Virus record (IMG/VR): IMGVR_UViG_3300025732_000017
Source of the DNA: a virus
Strand: one strand, 5' to 3'
DNA length: 64,000 bases
In this document: one piece after another, positions 8,933 through 17,740 of the stretch
How the letters are laid out: every line of letters begins with the position of its first letter
How positions within the stretch are numbered: position 1 is the stretch's first letter
Notes under the pieces: model-generated
Database searches by the model: none
What the model saw: the letters and a program-made list of their open reading frames with translations, nothing else
Told to the model about the DNA's origin: nothing
Made by a program: the position numbers and the translations under genes

Positions 8933-9154
8933 ATGTCTCAGACGTTCTACACGGTCCATGTTCCTGACGGCGACGACCCTGGTCTGGGTAATTGGAAGCT
9001 GAGCACGGCCAGCCTGGCTATCGCCTTTGCACAGGATCTCGGCGTCAGGTGTGAGGTCCGAGTCCATGATGGCGACAAGATTCCCATGCGTCTATGCACT
9101 GTTCTCCCTGGGACCTTCGATGGCCATCCTAATCTTATCTGGCCCTATCCGTGA
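8933..9154 (+). CDS. Hypothetical protein
   Basis: Cassette ORF with GGAGG RBS. Confidence 0.6.
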   Translation: MSQTFYTVHVPDGDDPGLGNWKLSTASLAIAFAQDLGVRCEVRVHDGDKIPMRLCTVLPGTFDGHPNLIWPYP

Positions 9155-9259
9155 CGTGGACTTCTAACCCATTGATCTGATTGGGCAATTCCAGCCCTTG
9201 ACAAGGCGCCTGATCTAGCATATTCTGTGACTCTGATTGCGGAAGAGGAAAGGAAACCG

Positions 9260-10159
9260 ATGGCTACCATGAACCACACGGTCAGCTTTGACCGGGCTTG
9301 CGGCAAGTATGTCGCCATGTGCGATGGCAAGGTTGTCACCAAGACCAAGTCGCTGAACCGTGCGAAGCGCCTGCTCCGTATGCACCTCGACGGCCTCCGT
9401 GAGGTTGCCAAGGCTGAGGTTGATGCGGGTCTCAATTTCTCGGTGGCTGATCGGTTCACCTTTCTCGAGGCCCTGACCACGATGGTCGCGAACGGCACCT
9501 CGCCGTCGGCTATTGTCACGGGTGAGGGTGGTATCGGCAAGACGCACACCGTCACCAAGACCCTCGCCTCCATGGGCTTTGTCAATTGCATGGAGATCCC
9601 CGAGGGCGTGTCGGTGCCAACTCGCAAGACCTACACCATGGTCAAGGGCTACTCCACGCCCTATGCGCTGTACCGTACGCTGTGCGAGAATGCCGACCGC
9701 ATCGTGGTGTTCGATGACTGCGACAGCATCCTCAAGGACCCGACGGCCATCAACCTGCTCAAGGCGGCGCTCGACAGCTACTCCAAGCGTATCGTCTGCT
9801 GGCAGTCCGAGGTCAAGGGCTCCGACCTGCCCACGTCCTTCGTGTTCAATGGTGGGGTGATCTTCATCTCCAACTACACGCTGGGCACGCTGGATCAGGC
9901 CGTGCGTACCCGTGCGCTGTGCGTGGATCTGAGCATGACGGCCGACCAGAAGCTGGAGCGCATGGAGCAGATCCTGCGCGAGCCGGATTATCGCACCGAC
10001 GTGTCGCTATCCATGAAGCTGGAGGCGCTGGGTGCGATCCGCGAGAACCTGTCGAAGGTCAAGAACCTGTCGCTCCGTACGCTGAAGCAGGTGATCGACG
10101 TTCGCAAGGGCAACCGCAAGGACTGGGCCAAGCTGGCTCTGTATGTGATGTCCCAGTAA
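9260..10159 (+). CDS. AAA+ ATPase
   Basis: Walker A GEGGIGKT, Walker B IVVFDDCD, sensor FISN, Arg finger RTR. Confidence 0.85.
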   Translation: MATMNHTVSFDRACGKYVAMCDGKVVTKTKSLNRAKRLLRMHLDGLREVAKAEVDAGLNFSVADRFTFLEALTTMVANGTSPSAIVTGEGGIGKTHTVTKTLASMGFVNCMEIPEGVSVPTRKTYTMVKGYSTPYALYRTLCENADRIVVFDDCDSILKDPTAINLLKAALDSYSKRIVCWQSEVKGSDLPTSFVFNGGVIFISNYTLGTLDQAVRTRALCVDLSMTADQKLERMEQILREPDYRTDVSLSMKLEALGAIRENLSKVKNLSLRTLKQVIDVRKGNRKDWAKLALYVMSQ

Positions 10160-10259
10160 CCCCTTGATCTGACACGGTAATTCCAGGGGTTGACAAAGTA
10201 CCAATCCCTGGATATACTGGTACCAAGATTGGAAAACAGGATTCGGGAAAGGAATCTTC

Positions 10260-10442
10260 ATGCTCATTGGAATTTTGAACTACGCTACCTCTTTCATGTT
10301 GGCCTTTGCCGCCGCGTGCTGGAATCGGGGAGGCTGGGCTAATGCGTTGATCATTAGTGCGCTTCTCCTGTTGTCCTTGTTCAATCTAATCCTCGGGGCC
10401 ATGCACTACCCCGGACTCCTGGTGTTGCCGCCAAAACTGTGA
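10260..10442 (+). CDS. Small two-TM membrane protein
   Basis: Two hydrophobic segments; follows cassette promoter. Confidence 0.6.
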   Translation: MLIGILNYATSFMLAFAAACWNRGGWANALIISALLLLSLFNLILGAMHYPGLLVLPPKL

Positions 10443-10559
10443 GAGGCTAACCGAAGGCACTCATACCTAACCACTTGATCTGACACGGTAATTCCAGGGG
10501 TTGACAAAGTACCAATCCCTGGATATACTGGTATCAAGATTGGAAAACAGGAGAAACGA

Positions 10560-11021
10560 ATGGCGTTCATGGATCAGAAGCGGAAGGCGCAGCTCGCGCC
10601 TGGTATCAAGGCGGTGCTTCGGAAGTACGGCCTCAAGGGTTCGCTGAGGGTGGGCAACCACACCTCGCTGAGCCTGACCCTGACCGAGGGTTCGCTGGAC
10701 CTCATCGGTAATGGGGTGGCTGTGCTCCATCGTGAGGCTGACACCTACCCGCATGATATCAAGGGCAAGTGGATGCGTGAGGCGGCTGCCTACATGCAGA
10801 AGACCCAGTCCACGGATGTCAACACCTACCATGCGAAGGATGCGTTCACGGGCGTCTGCCAGAAGGCGATCCTGGAGCTGATCGCGGCGATGAATGTGGG
10901 CAACCACGACGAGTCCGATCCTCAGACTGACTACTTCAATGTCGGCTGGTACATCCATGTGAACGTCGGTCGGTGGAACAAGCCCTACCGGTTCACCGGC
11001 GCCAATCGGAAGGTGGCCTGA
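10560..11021 (+). CDS. Conserved phage protein, paralog of 6188-6634
   Basis: Shared N- and C-terminal motifs. Confidence 0.8.
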   Translation: MAFMDQKRKAQLAPGIKAVLRKYGLKGSLRVGNHTSLSLTLTEGSLDLIGNGVAVLHREADTYPHDIKGKWMREAAAYMQKTQSTDVNTYHAKDAFTGVCQKAILELIAAMNVGNHDESDPQTDYFNVGWYIHVNVGRWNKPYRFTGANRKVA

Positions 11022-11023
11022 TC

Positions 11024-11206
11024 ATGACGCGCAAGCAGCGATTGGAGCAGGCCCTATCCCATCTTGGGAAGGTGGAGGATCTTCTGAATCCCAAGGGTGT
11101 CGTGCCTGGACCGGACATGCTCCTCACCTCCCTGGAGAGGACCATTGAGGAGGTGGAATACCAGCTGGCTATGCTGGAGATGGCGGAAAGTGCCAACCAG
11201 GAGTAA
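11024..11206 (+). CDS. Hypothetical protein
   Basis: ORF; stop is the TAA of the repeat at 11204. Confidence 0.6.
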   Translation: MTRKQRLEQALSHLGKVEDLLNPKGVVPGPDMLLTSLERTIEEVEYQLAMLEMAESANQE

Positions 11207-11296
11207 CTGGTTGATTCCACTCACAAATTTCCACCCTTGACTAGGGTGCCAATACCAAGTATTCTGTGAACATACTGAAAGACAAAGGAGATACCA

Positions 11297-12052
11297 ATGC
11301 GTAACTATGAAATGGTTCTTATGGCCCTGAAGTCGGGCGAGACCAAGACGGCTACGGACCTCAAGGCGGAGCTGCCGGGTCTGGAGTGGTGGAACATGCA
11401 CAAGTATGTGGCGCGTGCCAAGTACCTGGCAGGTGCTGAGATTGAGCTGATGAAGGCTGGCAAGCCGCTCAAGGCTGCCCGTGCGCGGGATGCTGAGACT
11501 CTGCGCCTGGTGAATGCCGACAAGTTCAAGGCCTGGTCGCCTGTCACCAAGACTGGTGGTCCGCTGTTCCGCAAGGCCAACCCGAAGGCCAAGACCCAGA
11601 AGGCCAAGGTGAAGGCTGCGAAGCCTCCGAAGCCTGCGAAGCCGACCAAGACCAAGATCCCTCCGGCGATCCAGGCGAAGCTGAATGCCCAGCATGCCAA
11701 GTCCAACTCGCTGATCGCCGCTGCGATGGCGAAGGATCCGTGGCTCGGTCGTCGTGGCCGTGTCACCCAGGAGGCTACCAATCTGGTCAATCCGGTGGCG
11801 CCGCCCGATCAGCCCGGTCATGGTGAGCTGAAGGGTGCCAATGTCGTGGATATGATCAAGGCTGAGCTGGCTGCGACTGCGCCGGCGAAGGGTACCAAGA
11901 AGGCTGCTGCTCTTCCGCGTGGTCCGAAGGCGACGCCTGCGCCTGCTCCGGTCAAGGTCGAGCGGGTGTCGGATGTGGTGACTCCGCTGTCGGATGATCC
12001 GCTGGACATTCCGGACTTCCTCCGTATCAAGTCCACCAAGACGGAGGAGTGA
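11297..12052 (+). CDS. Lys/Ala/Pro-rich basic protein, H1-like tail
   Basis: KAKTQKAKVKAAKPPKPAKPTKTK; strong RBS and promoter. Confidence 0.7.
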   Translation: MRNYEMVLMALKSGETKTATDLKAELPGLEWWNMHKYVARAKYLAGAEIELMKAGKPLKAARARDAETLRLVNADKFKAWSPVTKTGGPLFRKANPKAKTQKAKVKAAKPPKPAKPTKTKIPPAIQAKLNAQHAKSNSLIAAAMAKDPWLGRRGRVTQEATNLVNPVAPPDQPGHGELKGANVVDMIKAELAATAPAKGTKKAAALPRGPKATPAPAPVKVERVSDVVTPLSDDPLDIPDFLRIKSTKTEE

Positions 12053-12055
12053 GGA

Positions 12056-12205
12056 GGCGCCCAGCACAACCCTGGGCTAGCGTGCTTCCGCGCGAATAAA
12101 GCAGGTGGTTCCTGCAGGAAGGCAAGTCTGCTCGGCGTAGGAGCGACGGTGGGATGGGCACCGCAGGTTAGCCGGACAAAGGGATCGGACTAACCACCCA
12201 TCACC
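12056..12205 (+). ncRNA. Candidate structured RNA
   Basis: Consecutive hairpins plus a long interrupted stem (ggtg/gatggg/ggttag vs ctaacc/cccatc/acc). Confidence 0.4.
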
Positions 12206-12296
12206 TAAGCCCTTGATCTGATTGGGCAATTCCAGCCTTGACAAAGTACCAATTCTCGCCTATACTGGTACCAAGATCGGAAAGAGGAGAGCAGAG

Positions 12297-12518
12297 ATGG
12301 TTCGCAAGTATACCAACATGGTTCTGGAGATGGTTGAAGAGGGCATCCTGGACAAGGATGTGGTCATCATGGCCTGCCTGAAGTACATGTCGGAGGCTGA
12401 GGTCCGTGACATGGCCGAGGCGAACGGGTTCGTCCCCGAGGATGAGGAGGAGGAGATTCGGTCCGACTATGAGGCCAATCGCACCTATGAGCGAGTGCGA
12501 GTGGTGGCTGGGCAGTAA
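12297..12518 (+). CDS. Hypothetical protein
   Basis: Cassette ORF; start corrected to follow the RBS. Confidence 0.65.
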   Translation: MVRKYTNMVLEMVEEGILDKDVVIMACLKYMSEAEVRDMAEANGFVPEDEEEEIRSDYEANRTYERVRVVAGQ

Positions 12519-12607
12519 GCCCTTGATCTGATTGGGCAATTCCAGGGCTTGACAGAGCGTCAATTCTCGCCTATACTGAGTTCATGATCAAGCAAAGGGA
12601 GACGGTG

Positions 12608-12853
12608 ATGCAGACGTTCCGTGTTGATATCGACCTCGACGGCGATAGCACTATTGGCGAGTTCCTGGAGACTCTCGCGGAGTATCGCGGCTCGGCGCAA
12701 ATTGTGTCCTATGACGCGGCTCCCGACGCTGGCGGTTGCCCGACGATGGTGCTGGAATTCACGTCCTATGAGGTTGCGCTGGAGTTCGCCATGGAATGGT
12801 TCGGCGAGTCGTTTGAGGATGCCAAGGAGTACGTGGAGACGATTACGGTGTAA
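12608..12853 (+). CDS. Acidic protein, paralog of 16858-17109
   Basis: MQTFRV.IDLD...YDA.PDAGG...EFTSYE...EYVETITV. Confidence 0.75.
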   Translation: MQTFRVDIDLDGDSTIGEFLETLAEYRGSAQIVSYDAAPDAGGCPTMVLEFTSYEVALEFAMEWFGESFEDAKEYVETITV

Positions 12854-12941
12854 CCCCTTGACCTGACAAGGCTTTTCCAGGGCCTTGACAGCGCCCTGGT
12901 TTCGCCCTATACTGGTACCAAGATCGGAAAGGGAAACAGAG

Positions 12942-13115
12942 ATGACCAAGACCAAGACCCCGACCAGGAAGCCCCGCAAGCCCACCATCCTCTCTTCCTG
13001 GGAATGGTCACAGTATCATCAGCAGATGATCGAGTACCTCGAGGAGAAGCTGGAGCGCAGGGAGCAGAAGATCGCGCAGCTGGAACGCCAGATCGAGCGC
13101 CTGCAGGGTAAGTAA
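12942..13115 (+). CDS. Small coiled-coil protein
   Basis: Cassette ORF; basic N-terminus. Confidence 0.6.
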   Translation: MTKTKTPTRKPRKPTILSSWEWSQYHQQMIEYLEEKLERREQKIAQLERQIERLQGK

Positions 13116-13200
13116 CCCATTGATCTGACACGGCTTTTCCAGGGCTTGACAGAAGCCTGATCCAGCCCTATACTGGTACCAAGATCGGAAAGGGAAACAG

Positions 13201-13941
13201 ATGCAGACGAACCTCCTCACTCGCGGCAACCCCAAGGTCCTGAAGGGCGAGAGCCAGGGCTACCTGACCTTCATCCTTCACCTGGCGCCGGCGTCGCTGT
13301 CGGGCTACAACACCTGCGCCGCGGCGACTGATGGCTGCAAGCTGGCGTGTCTGAACACCGCTGGTCGTGGTGGCATTCCCAATGCTCGCCCCGTGACCGT
13401 GCAGGCTCGCAATGGTGCCATGACGGTGTCCAACGTGATCCAGGCGGCTCGCATCCGCAAGACCGTGTGGTTCTTCCAGGACCGCGTCGGCTTCATGGCT
13501 CAGCTGGTCAAGGAAATCCGTGCGGGCATCCGCTATGCTCAGAAGATGGGCCTGATCCCCGTGTTCCGTCTGAATGGCACCTCCGATCTGCGCTGGGAGA
13601 GTGTCGGTGTGGATGGTGCGCGCAATGTCATGGAGCTGTTCCCGGACGTGCAGTTCTATGATTACACCAAGCTGTCCAATCGCAGGGACCTGCCTGCCAA
13701 CTACAAGCTGACCTTCTCCCTGGCGGAGAATAACGACCTCCAGGCGTGGGCTGCTGCTTCGGCTGGTCTGAACGTCGCTGCGGTGTTCCGTGGCAAGCTG
13801 CCCGCGACCTTCATGGGTCGCACGGTGATCAATGGTGATGACTCGGATCTGCGTTTCCTTGATCCGGTGGGTGTGGTGGTTGGTCTGAAGGCGAAGGGCA
13901 AGGCGAAGCGGGACACGACGGGCTTTGTGAGGGCTGCCTAA
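13201..13941 (+). CDS. GP88-family protein (radical-SAM-like Cys motif)
   Basis: NTC.....GC...C, RLNGTSD, FYDYTK, DLRFLDP motifs. Confidence 0.75.
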   Translation: MQTNLLTRGNPKVLKGESQGYLTFILHLAPASLSGYNTCAAATDGCKLACLNTAGRGGIPNARPVTVQARNGAMTVSNVIQAARIRKTVWFFQDRVGFMAQLVKEIRAGIRYAQKMGLIPVFRLNGTSDLRWESVGVDGARNVMELFPDVQFYDYTKLSNRRDLPANYKLTFSLAENNDLQAWAAASAGLNVAAVFRGKLPATFMGRTVINGDDSDLRFLDPVGVVVGLKAKGKAKRDTTGFVRAA

Positions 13942-14029
13942 GCCATTGATCTGATTGGGCAATTCCAGCCTTGACAGAGCACCAGTTTCGCCCTATACTG
14001 GTACCAAGATCGGAAACAAGGAGACAGCG

Positions 14030-14263
14030 ATGGCCAAGTCCAAGACCAAGTCCAAGACCAAGTCCAAGACCAAGTCCAAGACCAAGGTCTATGTCGTGCT
14101 GAATGAGTCGAAATGGCCCACGACGGTTGTGGGTGTGTTCAGTACGCGCGGCCTCGCCATGGCAGGCGCCAAGAAGGAGCGCCAGAAATGGCCGAACATC
14201 GGGATTCTTCGGATTTCCCATCACATGGTTGATAATCCCGAATGGTACGTGGGAAAGCCTTGA
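14030..14263 (+). CDS. Basic protein with KSKT repeats
   Basis: aagtccaagacc x4 perfect copies at 14036-14083. Confidence 0.65.
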   Translation: MAKSKTKSKTKSKTKSKTKVYVVLNESKWPTTVVGVFSTRGLAMAGAKKERQKWPNIGILRISHHMVDNPEWYVGKP

Positions 14264-14345
14264 TCTGACACAGCTTTTCCAGGGCCTTGACAGAGCACCA
14301 GTTTCGCCCTATACTGGTACCATGATCGGAAACAAGGAGACAGCG

Positions 14346-14603
14346 ATGACCAAGATCCGCTTCACGGCCCCCTCCCCTCGCGCCGACCGCATCCACGGCC
14401 TGACCAAGATGGGTCGCGCCATCGTGGACTACTTCGCGGCTCGCCCGGGTCAGGTGATCTCCCGCACCACGGTGGAGCTGCACCTCGCCTCGCGTGGCTT
14501 CAAGCGCCCCGCGGTCACCGCGACGGTCTGCTCGGATCTGGCCCACTCGGGTCATCTGAAGCCGATGCCGTTCGGCATGTACCAGTTCCGCGCTGCGGCC
14601 TAA
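14346..14603 (+). CDS. Possible winged-helix protein
   Basis: Cassette ORF; helix-turn-helix-like layout. Confidence 0.5.
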   Translation: MTKIRFTAPSPRADRIHGLTKMGRAIVDYFAARPGQVISRTTVELHLASRGFKRPAVTATVCSDLAHSGHLKPMPFGMYQFRAAA

Positions 14604-14617
14604 GGAAAGGATTGATC

Positions 14618-14728
14618 ATGCATACCATCACGTTCCTCGCTCAGTCGCTGGCTCTGGCTGGTGTTCTGTTCGCCGCTGGCGTCGGCCTGGTCGCGCTGAT
14701 CGGGTTCTTCGCTGATCGCAACCGCTAA
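14618..14728 (+). CDS. Single-TM micropeptide, 36 aa
   Basis: MHTITFLAQSLALAGVLFAAGVGLVALIGFFADRNR; AAGGA RBS. Confidence 0.55.
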   Translation: MHTITFLAQSLALAGVLFAAGVGLVALIGFFADRNR

Positions 14729-14739
14729 GGAGCAAGACC

Positions 14740-15021
14740 ATGTTTAGGATCACCGAAGGCAGGGGTTTTCAGATGACGTTCGCAAACGGATGGACGGTCT
14801 CTGTCCAATGGGGTGCTGGCAATTACTGTCCGAACCACCACGTCCTTCCGTCTGGTAAGTCGGAGAGGGCTTATGAAGATATGCAGCGTAAGCTGGGCGA
14901 GGAGGGCGTGCTTGTCGCGGAGGCAGGCTGGTGGAAGGGCTCCGGTGACGTGGAGGTTAGTGGTTTCATGACGCCCGACCAGGTTCTGGCCCTCATGGTC
15001 GAGCTGGCAGCTAGGGAGTAA
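14740..15021 (+). CDS. Conserved phage hypothetical protein
   Basis: GFQMTFANGWTVSVQWG..NYC motif; RBS. Confidence 0.65.
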   Translation: MFRITEGRGFQMTFANGWTVSVQWGAGNYCPNHHVLPSGKSERAYEDMQRKLGEEGVLVAEAGWWKGSGDVEVSGFMTPDQVLALMVELAARE

Positions 15022-15025
15022 GACC

Positions 15026-15115
15026 GTGGTCTGCATTTCCGTGGACACGCTGGCTCTGTTCGCATTTGGTATCAGTCTGGTCGTGCTGGCTCGACTGATC
15101 ACCCGCAACCGCTAA
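15026..15115 (+). CDS. Single-TM micropeptide, 29 aa
   Basis: GTG start, GGAG RBS, ends RNR like 14618. Confidence 0.5.
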   Translation: MVCISVDTLALFAFGISLVVLARLITRNR

Positions 15116-15125
15116 GGAGATGCAC

Positions 15126-15221
15126 ATGGATTGCCTTCAGCCGCTAGTTTTCTTTCTGACCTACGCTGCGGTGCTCGGCATCGCCGTGTGGGTTGTAATC
15201 GCCATCCGTAATGAGGAGTAA
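15126..15221 (+). CDS. Single-TM micropeptide, 31 aa
   Basis: AAGGAG RBS; hydrophobic core. Confidence 0.55.
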   Translation: MDCLQPLVFFLTYAAVLGIAVWVVIAIRNEE

Positions 15222-15225
15222 GATC

Positions 15226-15423
15226 ATGACAATGGATTCCAGGGAGCTGGCGAAGGCGCTGGCTGAGAAGGCGAAGGCTGCTTCCATTCCCTATTCGGAG
15301 TATGAGGCGAAGGTGGACTATCCGTTCGCCCTGGGCTATCTGACAGGCACCGTGCAGGATCTTCTGCTCCGCCTGTCGCCAGGCCAGCGCGAGACTATTG
15401 CGAAGCAGTACGGTATCAGCTGA
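15226..15423 (+). CDS. Hypothetical protein
   Basis: GAGGAG RBS. Confidence 0.6.
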   Translation: MTMDSRELAKALAEKAKAASIPYSEYEAKVDYPFALGYLTGTVQDLLLRLSPGQRETIAKQYGIS

Positions 15424-15433
15424 GGAGACAGAG

Positions 15434-15664
15434 ATGACCGAGACCCTGGAGCTGGCGAAGGCGCTGGCTGAGAATGAAGAGCTGCGCGTGGCCAATAAAG
15501 AGTTGGTGTTGGGTATCACCACCATAACTCTCCGCCTTCTGGAAGATATTGATCGACAGCGCGCGGAGAATGAAGGGCTGCGCGCGGAGAATGAAGGGCT
15601 GCGCGCAGAGCTGCGCCAGGCGATCAAGGAGCTGGCAGATTGTGAACAGTTCAGCGACTACTAA
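15434..15664 (+). CDS. Coiled-coil protein with 21-nt tandem repeat
   Basis: RAENEGL x2; GAGGAG RBS. Confidence 0.6.
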   Translation: MTETLELAKALAENEELRVANKELVLGITTITLRLLEDIDRQRAENEGLRAENEGLRAELRQAIKELADCEQFSDY

Positions 15665-15775
15665 CTCGCCGGCTCCGACCGCTAACCCCTTGATCTGACA
15701 CGGTAATTCCAGCCTTGACATAGGCCTGATCCCACCCTATACTGAGTACATAAGGTGGAAACAAGGAGACGACAG

Positions 15776-15985
15776 ATGACCCAGATCCCCGCAACCAAGG
15801 TCTATATCCTCTTCGTGGAAGAGACCGCGCATGGTGGTTGGGAGTGGGAGACCCATCTCCATGGTGTATATGCGACGCGGGAGAAGGCTCAGGAGGCCCG
15901 TAAGGCTCTCGCAGCCAAGAGGGCGTTCTCGATTCGCTGCGGTGAGTGGAAGTCGCGCATCCGCGCTGTGCCTCTGCATGCCTAA
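15776..15985 (+). CDS. Hypothetical protein
   Basis: Cassette ORF. Confidence 0.65.
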   Translation: MTQIPATKVYILFVEETAHGGWEWETHLHGVYATREKAQEARKALAAKRAFSIRCGEWKSRIRAVPLHA

Positions 15986-16077
15986 CCCCTTGATCTGACA
16001 CGGCAATTCCAGCCTTGACATAGGCCTGATCCCGCCCTATACTGAATACATAAGTTGGAAACACAAGGAGACGACGA

Positions 16078-16404
16078 ATGGCGAAGCTGCTGATCCAGAC
16101 CCAGGTCTATGAGAACTACGGCGCCCATGATTGGAACGGCGAGGGCGAGTGCCCGCAGTACTGGAAGCCGAAGTTTGGTTCGGACTACGTCCTTCCCAAT
16201 TTCACCGCCTTCACCGACGCGGCCTCGGTGGTCGAGGCGCTGAAGCCTCAGGTGGAGGCCAACGACCACAGCTGGCGCGAGTGGATCATCCACTGGGAGG
16301 TGCTGGCCGATGACCAGCCGACGCCCTGGGAGGCCGACCAGCTCCGCTGGGATGGTCGAGTGACCTTCCCAGCCAAGGTCCTCACCCTCCCGGTGGCGGC
16401 CTGA
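16078..16404 (+). CDS. Conserved phage protein
   Basis: TQVYENYGAHDW.GEGECPQYWK.K.G..Y motif. Confidence 0.7.
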   Translation: MAKLLIQTQVYENYGAHDWNGEGECPQYWKPKFGSDYVLPNFTAFTDAASVVEALKPQVEANDHSWREWIIHWEVLADDQPTPWEADQLRWDGRVTFPAKVLTLPVAA

Positions 16405-16423
16405 ACGGAACAAGGAGACAGAG

Positions 16424-16767
16424 ATGACGCAGACCTTCGATTTCGGCTTCGGCCCTGTCCCGGCTCACAAGCACCCGAATGGCGGTGGCTGGGTCGCCGA
16501 CACCGCTTATGTCGCCGACACCGCTTATGTCGGGCCTGATGCTCGGGTCTTCGGCAATGCTGTGGTCGGCAGCAATGCTCGGATCTACGGCTATGCTCGG
16601 GTCTACGGCAATGCCTGGGTCTGCGACGATGCTCGGGTCGGCGACAAGGCTCTGGTCTCCGATATGCTATAGTCAACGGCAATGCTGTGGTCTCCGGCAA
16701 TGCTGTGGTCGGCGGCAGCGCTTGGGTCGGCGGCAATGCTTGGGTCACCGAGGGTACTCACACCTAA
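16424..16767 (+). pseudogene. Hexapeptide-repeat (left-handed beta-helix) protein with frameshift near 16664
   Basis: VFGNAVVGSNARIYGYARVYGNAWV repeats continue in the -1 frame (AIVNGNAVVSGNAVVGGSAWV) to TAA 16765. Confidence 0.6.
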
Positions 16768-16857
16768 CCCATTGATCTGACACGGCAATTCCAGCCTTGA
16801 CCTGGCGCCAGATCCGCCCTATACTGAGTACATAAGTTCGAAACAAGGAGAGCAGAG

Positions 16858-17109
16858 ATGCAGACGTTCCGTGTTGTGATAGACCTTGACAGCGAGTGGA
16901 CTCTTGGCGAGTTCCTCAACCTGCTCTCTGAGCATGGCTCGCCGCGGATTGTGTGCTATGACGCGACTCCCGACGCTGGCGGCAGCCCGATGATGATCCT
17001 TGAATTCACGTCCTATGAGGATGCGCTGGGGTTCGCCCAGCTTTGGTTCGCCGAGGACGAGGCGCCATCGCGGATGTCGGCGGAGTACGTGGAGACGATT
17101 ACGGTGTAA
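16858..17109 (+). CDS. Acidic protein, paralog of 12608-12853
   Basis: Shared motifs. Confidence 0.75.
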   Translation: MQTFRVVIDLDSEWTLGEFLNLLSEHGSPRIVCYDATPDAGGSPMMILEFTSYEDALGFAQLWFAEDEAPSRMSAEYVETITV

Positions 17110-17192
17110 CCCCTTGATCTGACACGGCTTTTCCAGCCTTGACAGAGGCCTGATCGGGACCCTATACTGAGTACATGATCAAGGAGACAGAG

Positions 17193-17537
17193 ATGACCCA
17201 GACCTTCACTGCCCCGCACGACCTCGACCTCGCGCTGACGGCCTACGCCGATGCGCTGGAGCAGAAGCGCACCGCGGCGGCCAACATGGCCAGCTACCAC
17301 GTGTCGGTCACCTTTGAGCCCGGGTCCAAGTACCTGCGCGTGGTGATGGCTGATGGGTACAGGACCACGGGCACGCACCGGTCCGCCTACGCCTTCATCG
17401 TGGCGAAGGACATGGGCCAGTTCAAGGTGGGTGACATCCTGAAGGCGGCCTCCTGGAAGGCTCCGGCCAAGAACTTCGCCCGGGGCAATGTGTTCCGCCC
17501 GGAGACCTACGCGAAGCACAGCCCGTACGGGCTTTGA
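17193..17537 (+). CDS. Conserved phage protein, paralog of 4088-4429
   Basis: FEPGSKYLRVV..SAYAFI..GDILKAASWKAPAKN..RGNV. Confidence 0.75.
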   Translation: MTQTFTAPHDLDLALTAYADALEQKRTAAANMASYHVSVTFEPGSKYLRVVMADGYRTTGTHRSAYAFIVAKDMGQFKVGDILKAASWKAPAKNFARGNVFRPETYAKHSPYGL

Positions 17538-17557
17538 TCCGAACCAAGGAGTCTATC

Positions 17558-17740
17558 ATGAACCAGCCGACCAAAGCCTTCCTCATCCAGCTCCGCGACC
17601 TCTGCCGCGCCCATGGCGTGGATTTCTCTGCTGACCTGAATGGCGTGTCCTTCACCAGCGCCGATGAAAGCCCGATCTACTGGGTCCACGCCGACGTGGA
17701 GAGCCTCGAGGACCTCGAGGCCCAGCTGGCGCAGGACTGA
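17558..17740 (+). CDS. Hypothetical protein
   Basis: AAGGAG RBS. Confidence 0.6.
   Translation: MNQPTKAFLIQLRDLCRAHGVDFSADLNGVSFTSADESPIYWVHADVESLEDLEAQLAQD

Noticed and set aside
10196-14320. Operator-like inverted repeats around the -10 (GTACCA..TGGTAC, ACCAGT..ACTGGT)
   Set aside because: Only 6 bp and present in a subset of promoter subtypes; not separable from chance within duplicated repeats
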